Shown here: positions 36,501 through 43,285 of the stretch, piece after piece | How the letters are laid out: every line of letters starts with the position of its first letter | Numbering within the stretch: position 1 is the stretch's first letter | Origin: a virus | Taxonomy: Duplodnaviria > Heunggongvirae > Uroviricota > Caudoviricetes | DNA length: 64,000 nt | IMG/VR virus record: IMGVR_UViG_3300020057_001228 | Coordinates: 1 to 64,000 of that record | Strand: one strand, 5' to 3' | Notes under the pieces: generated by a model | Told to the model about the DNA's origin: nothing | Databases searched by the model: none | The model's input: only the letters and a program-made list of their open reading frames with translations | Made by a program: the position numbers and the translations under genes

Positions 36501-37227
36501 CATCAGGACCAAGAGCCCCAGTGAACCCGAGCAGCGCACCCACAGCGTACTGAGCAGCCTTAGTCTCAGCGTGCATGGTGAGCACAGCCAGCATGATTTC
36601 CATGAACTCCTTAGGACCCTTCAACCCAGCGATGAGTTGTGGAGCAATCCCCCACTGATCCTCGGCCAGGTTAACGATAACCGTACTACGAAGCTGGGCA
36701 GTGTTCATGTAGATCTCATCATCGGAGACCCACTTGAACGTGAAGCTGGCACCGAAGGGCACCTTGACGATGAAGGTATCCTTGTCATCCTCGTCAGCCT
36801 CAACCCGATATCCCAGCTCACTGAAGATGTGTTGAGCCGTCTCAGAGCCGTTCGTGAGTTCACAGAACTTCAAGAACTCTTTCATCTTCATGGAGATCTG
36901 AACAGTCTCCTCGGACACGATCTTACGAGACTCTGGCTGAGCCTGGTGGATCTCCTTGAGCGCGGAGGCTTCACCCTTCTGGAGCTTAGCACCCTTACCA
37001 ACCACAACACGCACGTGAGGCATGTTGAACAGTGTAGTGAGAAGGATCTGCTTGTAGGCAGAACCAGTGTGACCGCCAGGGTTCCAGGAAGACAAGTCTT
37101 CCTTCTCGATGACAGCACTAACAGGGATACCGTAGTAGTCAGCAACGAGATTGAGGTCTGCGCATTGATATGCGTAGACAGCGAGACCGGTGTAGTTGAT
37201 ACTCATGTGATGTTGTCCTTTCAGCAC
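33517..37227 (-). CDS. 1236-aa protein with RNAP beta-prime-like double-psi beta-barrel catalytic motif (putative two-barrel RNA polymerase-like protein)
   Basis: LRHPVIVGYVATIVLNDKVNLHVMMANEMKWRRVNQGDFDGDTG (aa about 878-922; DFDGD at 34468-34482) parallels beta-prime NRAPTLH...KAIQLHPLV...NADFDGDQ; upstream RLHGASKNV resembles beta GRHGNKGV. Confidence 0.45.
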   Translation of the reverse strand: MLKGQHHMSINYTGLAVYAYQCADLNLVADYYGIPVSAVIEKEDLSSWNPGGHTGSAYKQILLTTLFNMPHVRVVVGKGAKLQKGEASALKEIHQAQPESRKIVSEETVQISMKMKEFLKFCELTNGSETAQHIFSELGYRVEADEDDKDTFIVKVPFGASFTFKWVSDDEIYMNTAQLRSTVIVNLAEDQWGIAPQLIAGLKGPKEFMEIMLAVLTMHAETKAAQYAVGALLGFTGALGPDARERDELDEDGLLIKTKYSVGVVGLFMDRGGKVHAGRGSLSGNRPNVVEICRYMDALDATAWYIPDNRGSFPLRIPYTDLATDGGPLGIKLVGTEIEFAGSNIKGLLKSSAASHCGSMTVPCVIDAVSPISQCGQAHIGAEILDEAVGKRLVTIGGSHRYSAADHEMAFMEAKNSHILVAVGDLITFSTDADGNTIAHLADERANGALVEVAKAKPEDNVKVPVLDFNGNIINWSSDDGAVEGRVIEVVKNMRLHGASKNVAGEYEFVLTVTIEATDKGAAKGRGPVKAMMQTNEAAGVQVLINGQVFKGLHIGDGLIKSSKQLRKRFKETGRGRVEVSSVYNPIVYATTKEIYDKPEYAAKFTFDDATCTITTVDDNAILGEVTFLIESSSVQENVGSAAMTLYQILFLGFTKAGKDLLKQYVVPDMVRRTHLLGYLAGLGSFPNAAKIATGEQFLYLLLGTNLLLQRDDVLDLHGEYTPAMTDVQLLEKVKELYPQGVNIIVNGVLAAAIDADKVLQATAPDGLGSGLTGLGETVARLVRVMADPALRLKLVTANPDSVAGLVQSVKIDAAKLAKSGGFGRVYGTRWGVTSKMVASRGIGMEEIHIHPDSRIAKRLARKFKCNVADLNGKAVYVLRHPVIVGYVATIVLNDKVNLHVMMANEMKWRRVNQGDFDGDTGCIFPITNIGTRDIAAELRVELEALLPKGDMNLATYGPGNDAEHIETLKEVLSDGTRVYEPLMFSEAVSPNNTADKMIAKSKKMTADKWFETIREGVEANTWWTGTAYRLMEGGSIQYALGLTNPRMMMLGAWLYEHKGLAGKPVGESCKKFMQSWIWPLWDTDVVTGMMSNLRVTMNEVKCYKSSGDILLPHAIKVGNHLNRSIKHGAPDEATVQAPVYDKYGQEMPYHMLTPLFRVAWMLGRKKLSQAVADCVIVASDEMEQSARVHGFDDSFLYNLCRLVSKQLGTVNTLIGDLMDTEAQEDDDVSWGEDEW

Positions 37228-37299
37228 ATGGATAGTGTGGGTCTTTTAAGAGGAGACAGTACCTACCATCTCCTCTTCGCCTGGTATAAGAGCGATTTG

Positions 37300-38160
37300 T
37301 TAGAATCCCTCGATGGTCATGTCGGTGATGCCCATCTCGGCCGAAGCCTTCTTGGCAGCCTCCAACACGTCCAGGTTCACATCCTTGTTGGGGTGAACAC
37401 GGAAGCGCTCGAACCACGCAGCCTGGCCTTCCGTGGGATCAACCACAGCCGTAGGATGCGTGCGGAAAATGGGCTCCTTGCGAGTATCCGATTCAACGGA
37501 GTACTCCAAGACTTCCTGGATAGTACCGATGTAGGCCATAGCCCCATCGTTGTCCTTCTTCAGTTCAAAGGTACCCTTGAAGCTGAAGGCGAACTTCTTG
37601 TACAGCCCAGCAGTCTCACGCAGCCAGAGCTTCTTGGCAGCCTGCTTGGCATCCAAGGCAGACATACCAACCATGCTGACGTTACGCTCAGCAAGGAACT
37701 TGGTGTACTCCGCTTCCTCGCTCAGGTGGAGACCATAAGCCTCCTTGAGCATCTGGCGGATCTGGTCGTTGATACCACCAAAGACGGCATCTTCCATCTT
37801 GACGTAGGTCCGAACCGTGGCTTCCGCTTTGGTCGGATCCAAGATAGCCATCGGGTTCTTGAACCACGGGGTTTGGCTCTTGAAGATGAAGTTCTTGATG
37901 AAGTCATCTTCGTTCTTCGACAGGCCGTTGAAGTACAGCTTCATCATCCCAGCGTCAGCAGTCTTCGTGCTGTAGTTGGGGAAGTGCTGAACTCCCTTGA
38001 TGGTCTTCGGGAAGATGTTAGCCTCAGCATAGTACGTCGGGACGACGATCTTGCTGGCCTCCTCACCCATGAGGAAGGTCTTGATCTTGTTAGTGAAAGT
38101 ACCCATTTGGTACCTCCCTTTCTGAACACTGGTGCATACTGTTGAGCCGACATGACCCAA
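37300..38160 (-). CDS. hypothetical protein (286 aa) co-transcribed downstream of RNAP-like gene
   Basis: Clean ORF; terminator at 38183-38210 separates it from upstream cassette. Confidence 0.5.
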   Translation of the reverse strand: MGHVGSTVCTSVQKGRYQMGTFTNKIKTFLMGEEASKIVVPTYYAEANIFPKTIKGVQHFPNYSTKTADAGMMKLYFNGLSKNEDDFIKNFIFKSQTPWFKNPMAILDPTKAEATVRTYVKMEDAVFGGINDQIRQMLKEAYGLHLSEEAEYTKFLAERNVSMVGMSALDAKQAAKKLWLRETAGLYKKFAFSFKGTFELKKDNDGAMAYIGTIQEVLEYSVESDTRKEPIFRTHPTAVVDPTEGQAAWFERFRVHPNKDVNLDVLEAAKKASAEMGITDMTIEGF

Positions 38161-38182
38161 TGCAGTAACGCTGTGTTAGTGT

Positions 38183-38210
38183 CCAAAAATAAAGGGGCGT
38201 AAGCCCCCTT
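38183..38210 (-). terminator. intrinsic terminator (GGGGGCTTACGCCCC + T-tract on minus strand)
   Basis: Hairpin followed by TTTATTTTTGG reading on minus strand. Confidence 0.6.
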
Positions 38211-38224
38211 ATTAAGATGTTTAG

Positions 38225-38470
38225 TTAGAGTGTGTCAGCGTACGCACTCATACCCTGTACAGCATTCAATGACCGAAAGTACGTGATGACCAGCGTCCTC
38301 TCCTTACAGATTAGGAGAGTCCAATCTTCGCACTGGATTTCCGCCTGGAATCCCCCAAGCGAATCGTGTTCCTGATGCATCCAGGCTACCAAGCCTGCGA
38401 GACTGGTATCTTCCAAATGATCCATGATAGGGTCGTGGACAGATACCAGTCTCGCAGGCTTGGTATTCAT
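38225..38470 (-). CDS. small protein (81 aa, start MNTKPARL)
   Basis: Start aligned with conserved 5'UTR element copy (AAAGGAAACTCAATG). Confidence 0.45.
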   Translation of the reverse strand: MNTKPARLVSVHDPIMDHLEDTSLAGLVAWMHQEHDSLGGFQAEIQCEDWTLLICKERTLVITYFRSLNAVQGMSAYADTL

Positions 38471-38487
38471 TGAGTTTCCTTTCATAA

Positions 38488-38527
38488 GAGCTCCACGTAG
38501 AGCTCGTCTATACGCTAAAGAGCGGGT
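38488..38527 (-). promoter_or_regulatory. conserved 40-bp upstream element, copy 1 (GAGCTCCACGTAGAGCTCGTCTATACGCTAAAGAGCGGGT)
   Basis: Identical copy at 39012-39051, each directly upstream of a minus-strand RBS/start. Confidence 0.5.
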
Positions 38528-38544
38528 TTGAAGCGTTAGCTTCG

Positions 38545-38832
38545 TTAAGCGGCCCCCATGGCAGGCTGGTGGACAGGCTTCACTCCTTCCTGTGATAGTG
38601 TGGGTTGCTGAACGTCTCGGTGGTAGTATTCAGAGGTGTAAGTAACAGCACGCTCTAAGTTACCATCGGCATCGAACTCCCACGCCTGGAAGTGTGCTAG
38701 GCTGTCACACGTGACAATAGTCTTACCATCAGGCATCAGTTCAATCACCTTTGTACCTTTGGCGCTGCCGAACGGTGGCACGCAATCACAGTTGCTGACT
38801 GTGATTGTTTCCCATGTCCATTTCGTGTTCAT
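38545..38832 (-). CDS. small protein (95 aa, start MNTKWTWE after GGAGGG RBS)
   Basis: Track ORF extended upstream in junk frame; RBS GGAGGGCTAACCATG. Confidence 0.45.
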   Translation of the reverse strand: MNTKWTWETITVSNCDCVPPFGSAKGTKVIELMPDGKTIVTCDSLAHFQAWEFDADGNLERAVTYTSEYYHRDVQQPTLSQEGVKPVHQPAMGAA

Positions 38833-38837
38833 GGTTA

Positions 38838-38996
38838 GCCCTCCACAAAGATCTTGAACTTGCGACCTTCGCAGATGTACTTCCACAGCAGCCCCAGACT
38901 GCAGACAGAGAACTCCAGCCGGTAATACTGTGTAACCCTATCCTCCTCAGGATAGAAGGCCACATTCTGGGCCATGTTACGTTGGTTCATTTTCAT
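38838..38996 (-). CDS. small protein (~53 aa, MKMNQRNMAQNVAF...)
   Basis: Starts right after 40-bp element copy 2 with GAAAGGGAACACAATG; not in track (short). Confidence 0.35.
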
Positions 38997-39011
38997 TGTG
39001 TTCCCTTTCAC

Positions 39012-39051
39012 AAGAGCTCCACGTAGAGCTCGTCTATACGCTAAAGAGCGG
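39012..39051 (-). promoter_or_regulatory. conserved 40-bp upstream element, copy 2
   Basis: Identical to 38488-38527. Confidence 0.5.
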
Positions 39052-39069
39052 GTAAGTTTGAATACCTAC

Positions 39070-39486
39070 TTAGAGGTATTCCCCCTCGATGATCACGTGT
39101 TCACATTCAGTGAGAAAGCAGGAGCAATCACCATAAGCACCACCGCATTCATGTTTGTCAGTAGCCAGGTGCAAACGATCGCGCATGTTAAGGACCTGAA
39201 CGAAGTGTTCAGCACAGTGTTCACCCATGCACTCAGCCACATTGAGATCGCACAACAGGACATCCTTGGTGGTGTAAGGCTCATCACCTTCATAACTACG
39301 GGTCATCACAATGAAGATAGGCTTGGCAATGGATGTGACCGTACCCTTGATCTCACCACGGATCTTCACATCACCGAGACCGTTGTACCACAGCCCACCG
39401 ATCATCCTGCATGAGCACCCACAGATGCCACACCAGCCATCCATCGTGCAGGTTTGGCAGTAGCACTTGCATTCGTTTCCCATTGT
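39070..39486 (-). CDS. cysteine-rich protein (~138 aa; MGNECKCYCQTCTMDGWCGICGCSCR...)
   Basis: About 20 Cys incl. CxCxC, CxxC, CGxCGCxC clusters; RBS GAAGGGAGAA. Confidence 0.5.
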   Translation of the reverse strand, partial: TMGNECKCYCQTCTMDGWCGICGCSCRMIGGLWYNGLGDVKIRGEIKGTVTSIAKPIFIVMTRSYEGDEPYTTKDVLLCDLNVAECMGEHCAEHFVQVLNMRDRLHLATDKHECGGAYGDCSCFLTECEHVIIEGEYL

Positions 39487-39530
39487 TGTTCTCCCTTCAC
39501 AAGCTCGTACCAACGTAGGTATGAGCGTCT

Positions 39531-39558
39531 ATCAAAAGAAAAGGGGCCGAAGCCCCTA
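39531..39558 (-). terminator. intrinsic terminator (GGGGCTTCGGCCCC + T-tract)
   Basis: Hairpin then TTTTCTTTTGAT on minus strand. Confidence 0.6.
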
Positions 39559-39566
39559 TGGAATAC

Positions 39567-39776
39567 CTACACCTGCCAGCACCAGTACAGCTCTTCAGCC
39601 GCCCATTGCCAGTGGTCAGATAGGAATTCATACCTCTCATGCGTCCAGTCGTACAACCTCCCAAAGGGAAGCATACGAAGGGCCACACCCCATACTTTCC
39701 AGTATGGTTTGAGGTAGGATTCTACAGCCATCCAGAACGCCACGATGCAGTGCAACGCAGTGATGATGATGGTCAT
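39567..39776 (-). CDS. small membrane protein (69 aa, Trp-rich)
   Basis: TTTTGAAAGGAGAGGTCTATG RBS/start; TM helix. Confidence 0.45.
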   Translation of the reverse strand: MTIIITALHCIVAFWMAVESYLKPYWKVWGVALRMLPFGRLYDWTHERYEFLSDHWQWAAEELYWCWQV

Positions 39777-39788
39777 AGACCTCTCCTT

Positions 39789-39866
39789 TCAAAAGTAGCT
39801 TAAGCCAGCTACCAAGCAATACTGCGCCGAGGCAGTATCAAAAGAAAAGGGGGCTTACGCCCCCTT
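39789..39866 (-). repeat. 78-bp composite element copy 1 (two hairpins + terminator)
   Basis: Duplicate at 40731-40808 with 1 mismatch. Confidence 0.6.
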
Positions 39867-39871
39867 TGATG

Positions 39872-40120
39872 CTACATACCCATAGCATCGTAGAATGCAG
39901 CGGTCTCCTCACGACGGGCAGCATCATAATGCTCACGCAGAGAGATAGACACATCATGATGATCCAGCGCAGCCTTAGCATCACTGCACACTACAGTCAT
40001 CACCTCAAGGCGGTTCTGCGGCTCACCCTCAAGCGCAGCCTCTTCGCTGGTCATGCTTATGAAAGCACTTCCAACAATGAGGTTGCAGACGGTGAGCGCA
40101 GTCGCGATGATGATACGCAT
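39872..40120 (-). CDS. small secreted/membrane protein (82 aa, MRIIIATALTVCNLIVGSAFI)
   Basis: TTTTGAAAGGACAATACTATG RBS/start; N-terminal hydrophobic segment. Confidence 0.45.
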   Translation of the reverse strand: MRIIIATALTVCNLIVGSAFISMTSEEAALEGEPQNRLEVMTVVCSDAKAALDHHDVSISLREHYDAARREETAAFYDAMGM

Positions 40121-40179
40121 AGTATTGTCCTTTCAAAAGAGGCTTAGCGAGCCCCCGCGCAACACAGAGCTGAGTCTAT

Positions 40180-40206
40180 GTCAAAAAGAAAGGGGCTTTC
40201 GCCCCT
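40180..40206 (-). terminator. intrinsic terminator (GGGGCGAAAGCCCC + T-tract)
   Basis: Hairpin then TTTCTTTTTGAC. Confidence 0.55.
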
Positions 40207-40215
40207 AATCATCCT

Positions 40216-40374
40216 TACGGATGCGAGTCGATCGCATCTTGCAGGTTCGTAAAATCATCCATCATTTCAGCAGCATGATGAGCAGACACGTCAGCCTGAT
40301 GACCTTGAAGATCATAGGTGCCCATCAAACCAACAACAACGATGGCGATGATGATAGCAGTGATCTTACCCATG
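40216..40374 (-). CDS. small membrane protein (~52 aa, MGKITAIIIAIVVVGLMGTYDLQGHQ...)
   Basis: GTGAAAGGATGTACACCATG RBS/start; not in track; antisense plus ORF 40221..40454 rejected. Confidence 0.4.
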
Positions 40375-40412
40375 GTGTACATCCTTTCACAAGCTCAATC
40401 GTGTTGAGCATA

Positions 40413-40440
40413 TATCAAAAAGAAAGGGGCTTACGCCCCT
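40413..40440 (-). terminator. intrinsic terminator (GGGGCGTAAGCCCC + T-tract)
   Basis: Hairpin then TTTCTTTTTGATA. Confidence 0.6.
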
Positions 40441-40447
40441 CAGATGA

Positions 40448-40657
40448 TTATTGACCCACAATCATAGCACACACATACCATGTGCGCATGAATGCGAACA
40501 TCCATACGATCATGGCGAGCACCTGCATACGCAGATAGCTCCTCGCAAAGCGGCTATTCAAAGCCACAATGCTACCTTCAATGTCAAGCATGTACGCCGT
40601 GGATGAATCCACGTACACAGTAAATTCAGACATGGCCTTGTCCTCGTACTTGGTCAT
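40448..40657 (-). CDS. small membrane protein (69 aa, MTKYEDKAMSEF...)
   Basis: Preceded by palindrome element and GAAAGGAATGCATCATG. Confidence 0.45.
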   Translation of the reverse strand: MTKYEDKAMSEFTVYVDSSTAYMLDIEGSIVALNSRFARSYLRMQVLAMIVWMFAFMRTWYVCAMIVGQ

Positions 40658-40678
40658 GATGCATTCCTTTCATAAGCA

Positions 40679-40694
40679 CATGCACATGTGCATG
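40679..40694. promoter_or_regulatory. perfect 16-bp palindrome CATGCACATGTGCATG, about 25 bp upstream of start codon
   Basis: Same palindrome at 42122-42137; degenerate copy at 41874-41898. Confidence 0.5.
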
Positions 40695-40700
40695 AGCGAT

Positions 40701-40730
40701 AGTCAAAAAGAAAGGGGCTTACGCCCCCTT
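40701..40730 (-). terminator. intrinsic terminator (GGGGGCGTAAGCCCC + T-tract)
   Basis: Hairpin then TTTCTTTTTGACT. Confidence 0.6.
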
Positions 40731-40808
40731 CAAAAGTAGCTTAAGCCAGCTACCAAGCAATACTGCGCCGAGGCAGTATCAAAAGAAAAGGGGGCTTAGG
40801 CCCCCTTT
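40731..40808 (-). repeat. 78-bp composite element copy 2
   Basis: Near-identical to 39789-39866. Confidence 0.6.
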
Positions 40809-40818
40809 TCTTTTTATG
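40777..40818. terminator. bidirectional intrinsic terminator (GGGGGCTTAGGCCCCC flanked by T-tracts on both strands)
   Basis: AAAAGAAAAG upstream and TTTTCTTTTTAT downstream on plus strand. Confidence 0.55.
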
Positions 40819-41857
40819 CGTAAGCTTCCTCCCACTCGGAGGCGTATGCGCCTCCAACCCATGGGTCTACTACCTCATCGACTACCCGGTCGTAGCGGGT
40901 AAGCGGCAATCCCATTGCCTCTGCCAGATCTCTGGCGAACTGGGGTGGATCTTCTCCTAGATACACCACAGATTGGTATACAGGGCTCTCTATAAAAGCC
41001 TCGATATACCAGTCCTCTGTCATGGAGTCGGACATCCGGTCGATGTCCCCCCAATAGCAGACTTTGACCAGACCCAGCATCCTGCTGGATATCCGCCCCT
41101 TGTCTGCTGTGCACGCGTCCCCCGCGTACGCCTTTAGGAGGACTGTCTTCGTGGTATCTACCACGAGCCCTACCTTGGCCACCTCCCCGGCCAGTCCCAG
41201 GGACTGGCCGAAGCGAAACGCCTCGGCACTTACCGGTCGTCCCGGCGCTGCTTCGAAAGCAGCGATGTCCGCCACGGTCGCCCCGCGCCCGTAGGCGCCC
41301 ATCCACCTTACGGTGGTGGGATGGGAGGACCTGCTCTCTTTCCCCACCTTTTCCCAATACGGAGCTGCGGCTGCCAACGCAGCCTCAGCTAGGTGTGCCT
41401 CCCAGAGGAGGATTTCCTCTGGCCACATTACTATGTCCAGTAATGCGGCCGTTTCCGCCGCCTGGGCGGCGGCCCAGACGTCTGCGCCCAGTATCACCTG
41501 GGTGTATACCCCGACCGCGGTCGCGACCGGGTAGTCGCCGGCGAGGATGCCGGCGATGTCGAGCCCCGCTTGCAGGGTCTCTGCTACCTCCCGGTAACGG
41601 AGCCCCTGCTTGACAAGCCCGTAGGCTTGTCCCGACAGCTCGGGGCAGAGCTCTACTATGTGCCCAGCCGCCTCTAGGGTGGCGAAGTCTGTGGTATTAA
41701 CCCACAGGATGGCGGCCTCTGCCGTCGTCAGACGACGGTTGAGGCCAGACGCCTTGAGGGCGTCCTTGAGGACACCCGCCTCACGCTGGATCCAGAGTGC
41801 GCCGCACTCGGCGCCCCGGGCGGCGATGAGGGCGGCAATAGTGTTCTTCTTGGTCAT
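40814..41857 (-). CDS. Ala-rich hypothetical protein (347 aa), highest-GC gene in window
   Basis: Clean ORF; starts MTKK after same GAAAGGAATGCATCATG leader as 40448..40657. Confidence 0.55.
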   Translation of the reverse strand: MTKKNTIAALIAARGAECGALWIQREAGVLKDALKASGLNRRLTTAEAAILWVNTTDFATLEAAGHIVELCPELSGQAYGLVKQGLRYREVAETLQAGLDIAGILAGDYPVATAVGVYTQVILGADVWAAAQAAETAALLDIVMWPEEILLWEAHLAEAALAAAAPYWEKVGKESRSSHPTTVRWMGAYGRGATVADIAAFEAAPGRPVSAEAFRFGQSLGLAGEVAKVGLVVDTTKTVLLKAYAGDACTADKGRISSRMLGLVKVCYWGDIDRMSDSMTEDWYIEAFIESPVYQSVVYLGEDPPQFARDLAEAMGLPLTRYDRVVDEVVDPWVGGAYASEWEEAYA

Positions 41858-41902
41858 GATGCATTCCTTTCATAAGCACATACACACACGTGCATGAGCG
41901 AT

Positions 41903-41932
41903 AGTCAAAAAGAAAGGGGCCGAAGCCCCCTT
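41903..41932 (-). terminator. intrinsic terminator (GGGGGCTTCGGCCCC + T-tract)
   Basis: Hairpin then TTTCTTTTTGACT. Confidence 0.6.
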
Positions 41933-41986
41933 TGATGCTAATACCCGCGTTGAGTGTGTATATCACTCAACGCAACATCATTGTTG

Positions 41987-42099
41987 ACTAGGCGTGCGGT
42001 TACGCACGCCACACACTGCGCACACGCAGCACCACCGCACGTCTTTCGAAGTAGACGTGCATACTTAACCCCCCGAACGAACAGTTCAACGATGACCAT
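41987..42099 (-). CDS. micro-ORF (~37 aa, MVIVELFVRGVKYARLLRKTCGGAACAQCVACVTARL)
   Basis: Driven by third palindrome/GAAAGGA leader copy; coordinates +/-1. Confidence 0.3.
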
Positions 42100-42121
42100 G
42101 TGATACATCCTTTCATAAGCA

Positions 42122-42137
42122 CATGCACATGTGCATG
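42122..42137. promoter_or_regulatory. 16-bp palindrome CATGCACATGTGCATG, copy 2
   Basis: Identical to 40679-40694. Confidence 0.5.
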
Positions 42138-42517
42138 AGCAGTAATCAAAAAGAAAGGAGGCATAGCCCCCATAGATGTTTAGAACATCACATCATCATC
42201 TCCATCCCTTCGCTGATGATGCGCATTTTGTTTTCCTGTCACAGCACCTGAATTGTTTTTTCAGGTAGCGCTAACAGTATGGGTAGGGGGGTAGGTCCCA
42301 TCCCATATAAAGGACTCGTCTCAACTAGAAGCTTTTAACCCACAGGTTACTAGCCTCACTCCGTGCTCCCGCACTCCGTTCGTACAATGTTCACATCGTA
42401 CAGTGTTCATACCTAACGCACTAGGTTCCCTCCACCCAGGTAAAAATATGTACAGGAGTATTACACCAGCGGTCACTAGTGGGTCCCATGCCTAGCACAG
42501 GGCCCACCAGCAGCCTC

Positions 42518-42748
42518 CTAAAGACCCTCTAGTTCCCGTTGACGACTGTAGGGTCCCATATACTCTTCAAGTGGCCTTATGACCTCCACAGAGCCATCTG
42601 GGCGTAATGCAACACACCCAGTCTTCTCGTAGTGACTGAGGCTTAGCACTTTATCACCTTGGATCTCTTCAATCTCGGTGATAGTAAACCCGTTGGAACC
42701 GAGAGCCAGTTTGATGTCCGCCGTTTGCTTATCCGTTAGTCGCATCAT
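42518..42748 (-). CDS. hypothetical small (76 aa)
   Basis: Minus ORF. Confidence 0.4.
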   Translation of the reverse strand: MMRLTDKQTADIKLALGSNGFTITEIEEIQGDKVLSLSHYEKTGCVALRPDGSVEVIRPLEEYMGPYSRQRELEGL

Positions 42749-43109
42749 TCTTCTCCAGGGTCTCCCATAGGAATTTGGTGACGTCAGGAGTATCAGAGGC
42801 TTGCATGAGGACTATCTCTTCCTCTTCATCTGGTGGAGAGAGATCAACGATCTCCGTATGACGGGCTTTCAGTCTAGCAGTACCGATCTTCCGTAGTTCT
42901 TCATCTGACAGTTCGACCACGAAAGCTAGTACGTCACAACCATTGGCACTAGGCACAGGATGCTCAATGTGCTTGACCATCCAACGACCAGCCCACTCAG
43001 TGGCTTGGAGATTAATAGTCTCCCCGAACAGAGGACGGGTAGGTAGAGATAGCACCACGAACGGGCTATCAGTATCGGCTTCGTCATGGATAAGTCCAAC
43101 AACAGTCAT
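42729..43109 (-). CDS. hypothetical acidic protein (126 aa)
   Basis: Minus ORF. Confidence 0.45.
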   Translation of the reverse strand: MTVVGLIHDEADTDSPFVVLSLPTRPLFGETINLQATEWAGRWMVKHIEHPVPSANGCDVLAFVVELSDEELRKIGTARLKARHTEIVDLSPPDEEEEIVLMQASDTPDVTKFLWETLEKNDATNG

Positions 43110-43119
43110 AGTTAACTCC

Positions 43120-43148
43120 TTGACACATGGTCATCTAATAGATATTGT
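43120..43148 (+). promoter_or_regulatory. sigma70-like promoter candidate (TTGACA-N17-TATTGT) facing the plus-strand regulator gene
   Basis: ttgaca at 43120-43125, tattgt at 43143-43148. Confidence 0.35.
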
Positions 43149-43285
43149 CTAAGTATCAGCCTTCGGTTACATTTCCAGAGGCTGAGGCTCCCTGAGCTTA
43201 GCTCTAGGCGCTCTGCCCTGTAGGAAGGGTAGGAAACCTGAGAGGGGCTTGCAGCCCGGCTGGGGTATTCCCTGGCCACTTTAGT

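Noticed and set aside
36400-38145. 581-aa plus-strand ORF, along with 35203..36153 (316 aa), 33658..34551 (297 aa) and 32599..33231 (210 aa)
   Set aside because: All lie antisense to long minus-strand genes with far better protein-like composition. High GC suppresses stop codons so long shadow ORFs are expected. Translations are Leu/Ser/Arg/His-rich low-complexity sequences.
40221-40454. 77-aa plus-strand ORF in the cassette region
   Set aside because: Antisense to a small minus-strand gene (about 40216-40374) that carries the conserved GAAAGGA leader and an upstream terminator; plus ORF lacks RBS.
38183-42170. Possible CRISPR array, considered because of many near-identical GC hairpin repeats
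   Set aside because: Repeats are hairpin plus T-tract terminators at irregular spacing (200-1100 bp), each following an ORF and preceding an RBS; no regular repeat-spacer periodicity and no cas genes.
26683-43200. Integrated prophage or integrative element inserted at the tRNA genes
   Set aside because: No integrase/recombinase, no direct repeats duplicating a tRNA 3' end flanking the island, and both flanks are themselves phage genes; kept only as a compositional island finding.
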